From an uncultured Planctomycetia bacterium (GTDB lineage Bacteria > Omnitrophota > Gorgyraeia > Duberdicusellales > 4484-171), in NCBI GenBank assembly GCA_964420965.1, contig CAYQUQ010000004.1, positions 1,252 to 55,072 on the forward strand: a stretch of DNA of 53,821 nucleotides, given 5' to 3'. The notes under the pieces are model-generated. The model did no database searches. It was given only the letters and a program-made list of their open reading frames with translations, and was not told where the DNA came from. Positions 33,127 to 42,166 of the stretch are shown in pieces (the stretch's first letter is position 1; each line of letters starts with the position of its first letter). Both the position numbers and the translations under genes were made by a program.

Positions 33127-34614
33127 ATGAAAGTTGCGATTATATATCCCAATCTGGAAGGAAGCCCGCAAAGTTTAGACATGGGTGTAGCCTATTTAGC
33201 TACCTACCTGGATGAGCGGACCGACCACAGCGTTAAAATTATAGATCCCACCTTTCATAAAAGGCACTGGGAATCCTACATAAAAAAAGAAATCAAAGAT
33301 TTTAAGCCCGATGTGGTCGGAATATCAATCGTGTCTTTATTTTTTGGCTATGCCCGGAAGATTGCCCGGCAAATCAAAGACTATCATGATGTTCCCATTG
33401 TAGTCGGCGGTTTTCAGGCCATGATGGCACCCGAAGAGACTATGGAGACGGAAGAATTCGATGTTTTATGTACCGGGGAAGGAGAATATACCTTAACTGA
33501 ATACCTTAAAGCCCTGGAAAACAAAGAAGACTTAAGAAGCGTCCGGGGTATATGGTTTAGGGAGAACGGCAAAATTATTAAAAACGAAAACAGGGAATAC
33601 AATAGCGATCTGGATGCGCTGCCGATACCGAACTATGAGCTGTTTGACGATATCGATAAATATCTGTATTACCTGCAAAGATTATATATAATCGGCACCA
33701 GAGGCTGTCCCTATTCCTGCACTTTTTGCGCCGAGAGTATCCTCGGCAAGATAAATCCCGGAAAGAGGTTTAGAGAGCGTAATCCCCGGAAGTACGTTGC
33801 AGAGATACACTATCTGTATGAAAAATACAGAGACCGGGGCATGAAATTAGCCCATATCTATGATGCGGTTTTTACCTTTAACGATCAATGGCTTAATGAT
33901 TGGGCCGATGAGTATAAAAAGAGGGGGTTAAATAAGGAATTACCTTATTCCAGCTTTCTTAAGGCCGATGACCATAACGCCTCCGATGAAAAACTTAAAA
34001 TTCTGGCCGATACCGGATGTCTGCAGGTAAGGATCGGCATTGAATCCGGTGATGATGATATCCGGGATAATATTTTAAATAAAAGGGGGAGCAAGGATAA
34101 TGAAATAATGGCCATAATTGACAAATGTAATAAGTATGGGTTTATAGTAAAAACCTACAGTATTTTGGGAATACCGGGGGATACCAAAGAAAGTATGCGT
34201 AAGACCTATAATTTCTGTAAAACACCCCTGGTTCATGTCCCTTTATTTTTTTCCTACACTCCGTTGCCCAACACTCCTTTGGCCCAAAAAGTTTCGATCA
34301 TGAATGAGTCAAAAAATGCCCAAACAATGTATAGTTTTCATTTCAGTAAAGGAGCCAGAAACAAGGGGGTATCCAAATTCCATGTCCCCGGGTTTATTTT
34401 GAAAACCTATGTTCGTTATGGCTTAAGGCTCATCGGAAATACATTTTTATTTAACCCGGTTAAATTTATACCCTATCTGCTTTCCCGTATTTTCTACGGT
34501 TTTACGTTTGGGTGTCCTTTAATGCTTTCCACGGGATACGCCTTAATCAGCCCGGTATTTTGGCCGAATTTATCTAAGGGTATAAGAAGGCGTTGGGAAA
34601 AGAGAAACCCATGA
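33127..34614 (+). CDS. B12-binding-domain radical SAM enzyme (paralogue)
   Basis: KVAIIYPN..MGVAYLATYL..DVVGISIVS..IVVGGFQA, then GTRGCPYSCTFCAE. Confidence 0.85.
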   Translation: MKVAIIYPNLEGSPQSLDMGVAYLATYLDERTDHSVKIIDPTFHKRHWESYIKKEIKDFKPDVVGISIVSLFFGYARKIARQIKDYHDVPIVVGGFQAMMAPEETMETEEFDVLCTGEGEYTLTEYLKALENKEDLRSVRGIWFRENGKIIKNENREYNSDLDALPIPNYELFDDIDKYLYYLQRLYIIGTRGCPYSCTFCAESILGKINPGKRFRERNPRKYVAEIHYLYEKYRDRGMKLAHIYDAVFTFNDQWLNDWADEYKKRGLNKELPYSSFLKADDHNASDEKLKILADTGCLQVRIGIESGDDDIRDNILNKRGSKDNEIMAIIDKCNKYGFIVKTYSILGIPGDTKESMRKTYNFCKTPLVHVPLFFSYTPLPNTPLAQKVSIMNESKNAQTMYSFHFSKGARNKGVSKFHVPGFILKTYVRYGLRLIGNTFLFNPVKFIPYLLSRIFYGFTFGCPLMLSTGYALISPVFWPNLSKGIRRRWEKRNP

Positions 34615-36029
34615 ATTTCATCAGCCGTTTCTACAATCAGAAGGTAGAAGATATATGCGTGCGGGTAGTATATTTTTTTAATACCATTGATACTTATTTT
34701 TTACTGGCCGGTGCTGCCTCTTTTTTAATGGTTTTACCTAAAGAGGTTAATGTGGTAGCTTTGGTATTAGCCGCAGGATGCGTAATCGCTGCCGCAAAAA
34801 AAGCCGATTTTTACCCTGCCTTTGGTTTGTTCGCTGTTCCGGTAATGGTTACGTTTACGATCGCCTTGAATATAGCGTTGCCCTTAATAGCGAAGATACT
34901 TTTGGCCAATATCGTCTTTTTTATTATCATTCAGTTTAGCTTTATGGGTCTGCCGGAAGCGATAGTAGCCCGCGATATACGCGTTCCTTTTGTTAAGATA
35001 TTTAACTCTCTATTTACCGTCGCCCCGACCACGGTTTCGTTTTCGATGAGCATATTCTTTTCATTTTATTTATCTTTCTTTATGGCCGGAGCCTCTGTTT
35101 GTCAAGAAGCAGGAGATTATGCCTGGCTGGGCGCTGCGGTTACGGTTCTTCTTATAGGGGCTGTAATTACGCGTCGCATGCTTCCTAAAAATAATTTTAG
35201 CCGATTGCATATGCCGGTAATAAAGGGTAAGCCGATTTTTAAACGGGTGGTGGTTTTAAACATCGATGGGGTAAGGAAAGATATCTTTGATTCCTTAAGA
35301 CTACCGGCGATTGACCGGCTAATCAGAGAAGGCACCAGTCATGCCCGGGGATTAGAAACCGTATACCGGGCCTTAACCAATCCGGCCTTCGCCAGCATAC
35401 TTACCGGAACTATCCCTAAAATTCACGGCATCCGCAATAACAACTTAGGTCAGACAATTAAGACCGAAGGGCTGCCGGATGTTGTACCATCTATCGCTTA
35501 CGGTTCAATGCACGTTAAGCATTTCTGCAAGAAATACTGGAAAACGCGGATAGTATCGCTGCCCCGGCATTCCGTATACCGGTCCGATGATCTGATGGTG
35601 GAGCAGCTTAAGGAAGATATGCTTATCGAGGGTAAGATACGCCTTTTTGTGGCCGATTTCAGTGAGGCTGATTTTTTAGCCCACGCCTACGGCAGTAAAT
35701 CAAGACAATACAAGAATGCTCTGGGAAGAGTGGACAAGCGTATCGGGAATTTTATAGATTGGATGCAGGAAAACGGCATATTGGATGATACGGGAGTTAT
35801 TGTTTGCTCTGATCATGGGATAGCGGGAATCGATCACAGCTATCTGATTGCTAGGTCGGAAAAGTTCGTACCGTTTTTGATCTATGGAAAAGGAGTTAAG
35901 AAAGGTTTTAAAATGAAGGAGCCGGGCAAGATTATGGATATTTGCTGCACCATTAGCTATCTGCTCGGGATTCGCTACCCCGGTAATTGCCGGGGCCGGG
36001 TTTTTACCGAAGCATTCCAAAACTGTTAA
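34611..36029 (+). CDS. Membrane-anchored alkaline-phosphatase-superfamily enzyme (NPP / type I phosphodiesterase-like catalytic domain)
   Basis: I prefer ATG 34611 (ATGA overlap with the upstream stop) to TTG 34593. The N-terminal ~190 aa has 5-6 hydrophobic helices. Catalytic domain: VVLNIDGVRKD, YRALTNPAFASILTGTIPKIHGI (Thr-nucleophile context), VCSDHG. Confidence 0.65.
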   Translation: MNFISRFYNQKVEDICVRVVYFFNTIDTYFLLAGAASFLMVLPKEVNVVALVLAAGCVIAAAKKADFYPAFGLFAVPVMVTFTIALNIALPLIAKILLANIVFFIIIQFSFMGLPEAIVARDIRVPFVKIFNSLFTVAPTTVSFSMSIFFSFYLSFFMAGASVCQEAGDYAWLGAAVTVLLIGAVITRRMLPKNNFSRLHMPVIKGKPIFKRVVVLNIDGVRKDIFDSLRLPAIDRLIREGTSHARGLETVYRALTNPAFASILTGTIPKIHGIRNNNLGQTIKTEGLPDVVPSIAYGSMHVKHFCKKYWKTRIVSLPRHSVYRSDDLMVEQLKEDMLIEGKIRLFVADFSEADFLAHAYGSKSRQYKNALGRVDKRIGNFIDWMQENGILDDTGVIVCSDHGIAGIDHSYLIARSEKFVPFLIYGKGVKKGFKMKEPGKIMDICCTISYLLGIRYPGNCRGRVFTEAFQNC

Positions 36030-36038
36030 CCGTAGGTT

Positions 36039-36782
36039 ATGAAAAAAGTGGGTATAGTGATACCGGTAGCTAACGAAGAGAGGGGTGTAAATAATTTTCT
36101 CAGCACACTCTTAGAGGAATTTTCCTGTCTTGGAGGTAATTACGCTTTTACTGCCTACATTATTATGGATAGTTTTTCTAAAGACAAAACCTTTGAGATA
36201 GTCAAAAGTATCGGGGAGCAGGATCCCAGAATAAAGCCAATCTTTTTTAAGGAGTCCAGCGGCCCGGTAAGCTGTTATCTAAAGGGTTTTAAATGCGCAT
36301 TGAAAGATTCCTGTGATTATATTATTGAAATGGACAGCGGCTTTAGCCATCCCCCTTCAAAAATAAAAGATATTTTGTATACTTTGGATACGGAAGGTTA
36401 TGATGTGGTATTTATGAGCAGGTTCATGAAGACTTCAGCAGTAAAAAATTTTCCTTTTTATCGAAAAATAGCCAGCAGAGGCGGCTCTCTGCTGGCTAAC
36501 TTCTGGCTGGGAACTCGCTTTAGTGATGCCACATCGGGATTCCAGGCTTTTAAGGTCAAGGTGCTTAAGTCTTTTAATTTAAACGCTTTTATCTCTGCGC
36601 GCTCATTCTACTCCACAGAAATGAAGTATTATTGTAGAAACTACAGGTATAAGGAACTCCCTTTTACCTACACCGGTTCTCGCACGGTATTTAGCAGTAA
36701 ACTTGCGTTGATAGCTTTGAAGATGTTGTTTAAGATAAAAGAAAATGAAAAATATGTTTGCAGGGATTCAAAGAAGTTTTAG
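36039..36782 (+). CDS. GT2 polyprenol-phosphate glycosyltransferase (DPM1/ArnC/GtrB-like)
   Basis: VGIVIPVANEERGVNNF..IIMDSFSKDKT..IIEMDSGFSHPP..SRGGSLLANFWLG..DATSGFQAF is the short soluble GT2 pattern of dolichyl/undecaprenyl-phosphate sugar synthases. Confidence 0.75.
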   Translation: MKKVGIVIPVANEERGVNNFLSTLLEEFSCLGGNYAFTAYIIMDSFSKDKTFEIVKSIGEQDPRIKPIFFKESSGPVSCYLKGFKCALKDSCDYIIEMDSGFSHPPSKIKDILYTLDTEGYDVVFMSRFMKTSAVKNFPFYRKIASRGGSLLANFWLGTRFSDATSGFQAFKVKVLKSFNLNAFISARSFYSTEMKYYCRNYRYKELPFTYTGSRTVFSSKLALIALKMLFKIKENEKYVCRDSKKF

Positions 36783-36806
36783 AATTAATTTTGAATATTA
36801 CCGAAG

Positions 36807-37859
36807 ATGAAAACAGGTAGTCCTCTGATCAGCTTTGTGGTTGTGGCCAGAAACGACAATTATGGCGGAGATTTCTTAACCCGCCTTCAAATTTTTGTAA
36901 AAGTTTTAATTCACCAGTTAAATACCTATAAGTTGGATGCGGAGCTGGTGATCGTAGAGTGGAATCCTCCTGCGGACCGGCCGCGATTAAAAGAAGCCCT
37001 TTCCTGGCCACCGGGTTTAAGGTCAGATCAGGTGCGAATCATCGAAGTTCCTCCCCGGATACACCAGCGTCTGCCCGGTTCCGAAAGAACCCCGGTTCTC
37101 AGCACACCGCCCCGGAATACCGGCCTTAGGCGGGCGGAAGGAAAATTCATACTGGTGACAAATCCGGATATACTTTTCAGTAACGAGCTTATCTCGGCTT
37201 TAAACCCACGGAATCTTTCTGAAGACAGCTTTTACCGGGTCGACCGTTACGATTTCAAAGGCCCGCTTCCTCTCGATGTTCCGTCGAAAATAATTCTGAA
37301 GATGGCCCGAAAGCGTATCTACGCGGTTCACTTTCGGGAAGACCTCAAGCGGGGCCTTTATATAAAGATTGGACCCTTGAAACGCCTGTATTCTCTGGCT
37401 ACCGGAAAGTGGCCGGGTTCGTATGACCCCTACAGAAAAAGCATAGCCGCAGAAGGCTCATTTGTAGAGTTGAATGATGACACCGGCATGTATAACGGCA
37501 TTCACACCAACGCTTCCGGAGATTTCCTCCTCGCCCATCGGGATAACTGGGCAAAAATAAGGGGTTTTCCTGAATTTTCTGATTTGTACCAGTATGCCGA
37601 TGGATACGGCTGTTTTCAGCTCAGAGCACTTGGTCTTAAACAGAAGATATTTATTCCTCCCTGCATGATATTGCATATGGATCACGGCCGCACCGAGAAA
37701 GAAAATTATTTAAAAACATTTACGCGGAATTGGACGCAGGATTGGCGGGATATTTGGTCCGGACGCCTCGGGCCGGCCATAAATGCTGGAGATTGGGGGT
37801 TAGGCAATGAGGGTTTACCCGAAATAGCCGTTGCCGGTAAAAGGGGCCAGAATGTTTAG
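36807..37859 (+). CDS. Putative GT-A-like glycosyltransferase (weak assignment)
   Basis: ISFVVVARNDNYGGDF..LVIVEWNPP..LVTNPDILF and GDFLLAHRDNWAKIRGFPE resemble GT2-like / Glyco_transf_7C-type proteins. No canonical DxD was identified with certainty. Confidence 0.45.
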   Translation: MKTGSPLISFVVVARNDNYGGDFLTRLQIFVKVLIHQLNTYKLDAELVIVEWNPPADRPRLKEALSWPPGLRSDQVRIIEVPPRIHQRLPGSERTPVLSTPPRNTGLRRAEGKFILVTNPDILFSNELISALNPRNLSEDSFYRVDRYDFKGPLPLDVPSKIILKMARKRIYAVHFREDLKRGLYIKIGPLKRLYSLATGKWPGSYDPYRKSIAAEGSFVELNDDTGMYNGIHTNASGDFLLAHRDNWAKIRGFPEFSDLYQYADGYGCFQLRALGLKQKIFIPPCMILHMDHGRTEKENYLKTFTRNWTQDWRDIWSGRLGPAINAGDWGLGNEGLPEIAVAGKRGQNV

Positions 37860-38505
37860 AGGGTTAGGAAAGCTGGCGGAAGCAGGGAATAAGTTTTCGC
37901 GGGGTATCTGGATTGATGTCGGAGCCCATCTGGGCGAGACTACTTTTCGCTTTGCCGAGGAACATCCAGATCTGCTGGTATATGCCTTTGAGCCCAATGT
38001 GAGTATAGCCGTAACGCGCATGGGGTGTTTGCCGAATTTTATAGTTTTTCCCATGGCTGTTGCCGCTAAAGACGGCACTGCTAAGTTTTACATCAATAGC
38101 GATGATAGTACATCTTCCCTTCTTCCTTTATATAAAAAGGAAGGTTTCAGCTGGAAGGGCGGGGAAGACCTTAAGACCGTATCTGAAGTATGTGTTCCCA
38201 CTATCCGGCTGGATACTTTTTTTAGGGCCGCGAAAATCAAAAAACTAGCTTATCTTAAGATCGATGCTCAAGGGGCTGACTTGGATATTCTTCTGTCTGC
38301 CGGAGACAGATTAAGGGATATAAAGGAGATTAATATTGAAGTTTATTTAACACCCAGGCCTCAATATGAGGGCGCGGGGAATTCTAAGCTAAAAGTGGTT
38401 GACTATTTAACCGTTAATGGTTTTGAGCTGAGTGAGACGTTCAGCCAGACTTACGGCCAGGAGGAAGTCCTGATTTTTATAAATAAAAAATTTAGTAAAA
38501 AATGA
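37852..38505 (+). CDS. FkbM-family SAM methyltransferase
   Basis: IWIDVGAHLGETTFRFAE..VYAFEPN..IDAQGADLDIL. I prefer ATG 37852 (AAGGGG lies ~6 nt upstream) to the TTG at 37831. Confidence 0.7.
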   Translation: MFRGLGKLAEAGNKFSRGIWIDVGAHLGETTFRFAEEHPDLLVYAFEPNVSIAVTRMGCLPNFIVFPMAVAAKDGTAKFYINSDDSTSSLLPLYKKEGFSWKGGEDLKTVSEVCVPTIRLDTFFRAAKIKKLAYLKIDAQGADLDILLSAGDRLRDIKEINIEVYLTPRPQYEGAGNSKLKVVDYLTVNGFELSETFSQTYGQEEVLIFINKKFSKK

Positions 38506-39890
38506 TAATGCCGGATCGCAAAAAATTACCCTTGTGTTTTTTCCCCTGGTTTCAAGTTGACGTGGCCTACCCGGGGAATGTGCAAACCTGCTGTTTTAAC
38601 ACTCAGGTTATGGGAAATATCCATCAGGATGATATTCTGACTATATGGAACGCCAAGCCTTATCAGGATATTCGGCGCCGCCTGATTCAGGGTGATGTCG
38701 GAGATTGTGCTTGTGGAAGTTGTCTCTACCGGTTGACCCACCCCGCGCAGATGTATCCTGAATTTAACACTTCGGAGGCGGAAAGGATGCTTAACTTTAA
38801 GCAGGCCCAGGCGCATTTTTTTAAGGGGGATACCAGGCTTAGCTCTAAGCCGGTTCAGTACCGGATGGATTTTACCCATGAGTGCAATTTAAATTGCCCG
38901 ATGTGCTTGCAAAACCACACTGTTTCAAAAGCTCGATTTCCAGCTGAGTTCACAAGAGAGATTTTTGATGAAAAGCATTATGCTTGGGTGAGCGAGTTTA
39001 TTTTAGTGGGGGGTGAGCCTTTGGTTATTCCTGAGAGTATAGAATTTATTCGCCGTCTTTCTAAAACAGACCCCGGGGAGTGCCAACTTACCTTATCTAC
39101 CAATGGACTGCTCTTAGATAAATTCTGGCCAGAGATAAGGAAATTTAAGAATGTGCTGTTTGCGGTAAGTTTAGACTCCTGTGACCCTAAAACTTATGAA
39201 TCAATTCGTATAGGCAGCAGCTGGCAGAAAGTTTTAAAAAACATCCTAGAGATCGAACGTACCAGACAGAATGATTCCTGGCGAGGCTGGCAGATTGTCT
39301 CCGGAAATCTGGTTATGAAGAGCACAATTCAAAGGCTGCCGGAACTAGTGCGTTTTGCTCATAAACATAAATTTGATAATCGTTTTACTGTCATCTGGGG
39401 GCTTAAAAATAGGGGTGAGAATATATTTGTCTATAATTGGCTCTTGGATAGTATTCCGAAGTGGAAAGAAAATCTTGATGAAGCTGTGGAGTTGGCAGAT
39501 AAGCTGTCTTTGGGATACCCCACCAGAGCCAATTTAACAGGTATTCGCCGCTTGTTGTTGACCAAACCTTGGGTGATCCGCTCTAAAGCCCTTATGGTAG
39601 CCGCGCTTTTTGGGAAAAGAGAGCTAGAAATGATATTGCTGGATAAAGTAAAGAGTTGCCTGTCTTCCCCCAAAAGCCTATCGAGGGGCTCAAAATTTCT
39701 CATCGCAATAGAAGAATGGGAGCGCAGATATAAAGGCAATCGGGCCACAAGAGTATTTTGGAAGGTATGTATCTATCCGGTAATTTTAATTATGGTGTTT
39801 ATATTCTCGGTTTGTAAGTTTCTGTCCTCTTTTATATTTCGGCAGGCTCTGCGGATAAGAAAAAAAATTCGTGATTTATTTGGTACCTAA
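38502..39890 (+). CDS. Radical SAM enzyme with an N-terminal SPASM-like Cys motif and a C-terminal TM helix
   Basis: Core DFTHECNLNCPMCLQN (CxxxCxxC) at about residue 125. N-terminal C12-x12-G25-x4-C30-C31 and C69-x-C71-x2-C74. C-terminal hydrophobic VCIYPVILIMVFIFSVCKFL. ATGA overlap with the upstream gene. Confidence 0.8.
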   Translation: MIMPDRKKLPLCFFPWFQVDVAYPGNVQTCCFNTQVMGNIHQDDILTIWNAKPYQDIRRRLIQGDVGDCACGSCLYRLTHPAQMYPEFNTSEAERMLNFKQAQAHFFKGDTRLSSKPVQYRMDFTHECNLNCPMCLQNHTVSKARFPAEFTREIFDEKHYAWVSEFILVGGEPLVIPESIEFIRRLSKTDPGECQLTLSTNGLLLDKFWPEIRKFKNVLFAVSLDSCDPKTYESIRIGSSWQKVLKNILEIERTRQNDSWRGWQIVSGNLVMKSTIQRLPELVRFAHKHKFDNRFTVIWGLKNRGENIFVYNWLLDSIPKWKENLDEAVELADKLSLGYPTRANLTGIRRLLLTKPWVIRSKALMVAALFGKRELEMILLDKVKSCLSSPKSLSRGSKFLIAIEEWERRYKGNRATRVFWKVCIYPVILIMVFIFSVCKFLSSFIFRQALRIRKKIRDLFGT

Positions 39891-40099
39891 ATTATATCTA
39901 GCTGCGGATTTGCTGATATTATTGGAGAGGATAGAACAGAAGTGGAAAGATAATTTTTTTGGTCGAATTTTGCCAAAGGGATTCTTGCACCTTCTATCTT
40001 TAACCAGAATTCTTAAGGCATGGTTTCCTAAAAAGTTAGGGAAACCTTTGCAACGGAAAGCATTTTATTTACTTCGTCGCTATATCTGAGTTATATATC

Positions 40100-41065
40100 T
40101 TGGATGAAGAAGAATTTCAAATAACCATGAAAGAAAAACCCTTAGTTTCAGTGCTCACGCCTTCTTATAATATGAGTAGATATATAACTTCCTGCATAGA
40201 AAGCGTTTTAGCCCAGGATTATGACAGGGTAGAGCATATAATCCAAGATGGTGTTTCACAGGATGACACTATAAAGATTCTACAGCGCTATTCAGACCGT
40301 ATAAACTGGATTTCAGAACCAGACAAAGGTCAATCCGATGGTTTAAACAAAGCTTTGCAGCGCTGTCAGGGGGATATAATCATTGTTTTAAATGCTGACG
40401 ATGAATTGTTGCCTCAAGCTTGTTCTTGGGCAGTAGAGCAGATGGCAAAATATCCTGAAGCCGCGGTTATATACGGTGACCAATATAATATTAATTCCCA
40501 AGGGCGCATAATGAGCCAGCATTTCGGGCCTATCCCTTATGATTTTGAAAAAATATTTTGCGTAGAAGAAACCATACCGGCTCAGGCTGCCTTCATTAAA
40601 AGAGAGGCTTTAGAAAAAGTTGGTTTTTTCGTGGATACCACCCGAAAAACGTGTCCTGATTATGAAATGTGGGTAAGGATTGGTTTAAAATTTCCCATGA
40701 AACATGTTGAGGGGTTTATTTGTAAATACCGCATACACCCGGGTTCAGAGCAGCTTAAGCCAGGACAGTATCGGGAATTCATGAATTCGAAATGGGAAGT
40801 GATAGATAGGGTTGTAAGTGACCCCCAAACCCCTACCGACATAAGAAAACTTAAAAAGCGGGCTTATTCAGGGTTGCTGGTCTTGACTATTATATACATG
40901 CCGATGCGTTCTTTAAAAAGGATAGGGTATTACCTTAAAGCAATATTTATTTATCCTCACCCTTTAAATGTTTTTCGTCTTTTAGGCCAGTTTATGTCTT
41001 GGATATATTGTCTGCTTAAGCATTTGATGCTGGAATTAGCAAGAAAGCGAAAACAAAAAAATTAA
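40100..41065 (+). CDS. Glycosyltransferase family 2
   Basis: [46 protein letters not shown]. The track start is TTG 40100. ATG 40127 (MKEKPLVSV) is an equally plausible start. Confidence 0.85.
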   Translation: MDEEEFQITMKEKPLVSVLTPSYNMSRYITSCIESVLAQDYDRVEHIIQDGVSQDDTIKILQRYSDRINWISEPDKGQSDGLNKALQRCQGDIIIVLNADDELLPQACSWAVEQMAKYPEAAVIYGDQYNINSQGRIMSQHFGPIPYDFEKIFCVEETIPAQAAFIKREALEKVGFFVDTTRKTCPDYEMWVRIGLKFPMKHVEGFICKYRIHPGSEQLKPGQYREFMNSKWEVIDRVVSDPQTPTDIRKLKKRAYSGLLVLTIIYMPMRSLKRIGYYLKAIFIYPHPLNVFRLLGQFMSWIYCLLKHLMLELARKRKQKN

Positions 41066-41101
41066 AACCTATTGAGGAATTAAAGATGCGGAATTAATAA
41101 G

Positions 41102-42166
41102 GTGCAAAAAGCATTTAGAAATTATATGCTAACCTTTTTTACCATACCCAAGGCTTTTAAAGGCCATGTTGATATTATCCAGCGCAACAGTATAAAAAGC
41201 TGGATTCTGCTAAAACCTCGGCCTGAAATCATTGTATTTGGCGATGATGAAGGTACTAAAGAAGTAGCAAGGGAATTTAGATTGCGATATGTTCCTGAAG
41301 TCGTGCGTAATGAATATGGCACGCCTTTGCTGGATGATATTTTTGCGAAAGCCCAATCCATAGCCAGAAACGATAACCTTTGCTATATAAATGCCGATAT
41401 TATTTTAATGAGTGATTTTATGAAAGCTGCCTCCGTGGCTATAAATTGGGGTAAAAGGTTTGTAATGGTTGGCCATCGCTGGGATGCGGAGATTAGCGAA
41501 CCTATAAATTTTAACAAGGACTGGGAGGAAAAACTTAGGGGTTATGTGAGAGACAAAGGTGCTATTCCAGAGTACGGGATTGATTATTTTGTTTTTTCTC
41601 GAGGATTTTTGGAAAATATGCCTCCTTTTATTTTAGGACGGCGTTACTACGACTGGTGGTTTGTCTGGGAAACCAATGCTTTAGGTATTCCCCTAATCGA
41701 TGCCAGCAAGCAAGTATTGGCAGTTCATCAGCACCACGACTATTCATTTATTCCGGAATTCAAAGGATTTAACTCGCCCACCTCGGAAATAAAAAAGAAT
41801 ACTCAGCTGGTCTTCTCTGGCAGGCATAAAAATAAAATTATGGCAACGCCTAAGCTTGCTTCGCACAAGCTGGGACCAAAAGGAATACAACGTGTAGGAA
41901 TTCTGGAATGGGAGTATCTGCGGCCACGCTTAAAAAACAAAAGGTGGATAAGGACAATGATAAAGTATTTTCCTTTTTTATTAAGCATTAGAAAGTTTCT
42001 ATCATATCTGAAAAAGAGAAAGGATATCATGAAAATTGGTTTGGATTGGGTTCTATCCGGAATTATAATTTTATTACTTTTGCCATTGTTAATTGTCATG
42101 GCTATTGTTTCTATAGTTTTAGTATTCGCCCTTTGGTTAAAAGAGAGGTTTAGGCTTGCTCGTTGA
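41102..42166 (+). CDS. Hypothetical protein with a C-terminal TM anchor (possible glycosyltransferase-like)
   Basis: FFTIPKAFKGHVDIIQRNSIKSW..CYINADIILMSDF suggests a GT-A-like N-terminus, but I cannot name a family. C-terminal TM helix GIIILLLLPLLIVMAIVSIVLVFALWL. It lies in the AT-rich block. Confidence 0.4.
   Translation: MQKAFRNYMLTFFTIPKAFKGHVDIIQRNSIKSWILLKPRPEIIVFGDDEGTKEVAREFRLRYVPEVVRNEYGTPLLDDIFAKAQSIARNDNLCYINADIILMSDFMKAASVAINWGKRFVMVGHRWDAEISEPINFNKDWEEKLRGYVRDKGAIPEYGIDYFVFSRGFLENMPPFILGRRYYDWWFVWETNALGIPLIDASKQVLAVHQHHDYSFIPEFKGFNSPTSEIKKNTQLVFSGRHKNKIMATPKLASHKLGPKGIQRVGILEWEYLRPRLKNKRWIRTMIKYFPFLLSIRKFLSYLKKRKDIMKIGLDWVLSGIIILLLLPLLIVMAIVSIVLVFALWLKERFRLAR

Noticed and set aside
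34611-36029. AlkP-superfamily protein as a formylglycine sulfatase matured by the neighbouring SPASM radical-SAM enzymes (anSME-like logic)
   Set aside because: No C/S-x-P-x-R sulfatase signature was found. The nucleophile context (ALTNPAF) and the DG.R / SDHG motifs look NPP-like.
39871-40089. 72-aa ORF filling the 209-nt gap between the radical-SAM gene and the GT2 gene
   Set aside because: It has a non-ATG start overlapping the upstream gene, no SD and no recognisable motif. It lies in very AT-rich sequence where random ORFs are long. It could be real, but I cannot support it. The gap may instead hold an internal promoter.
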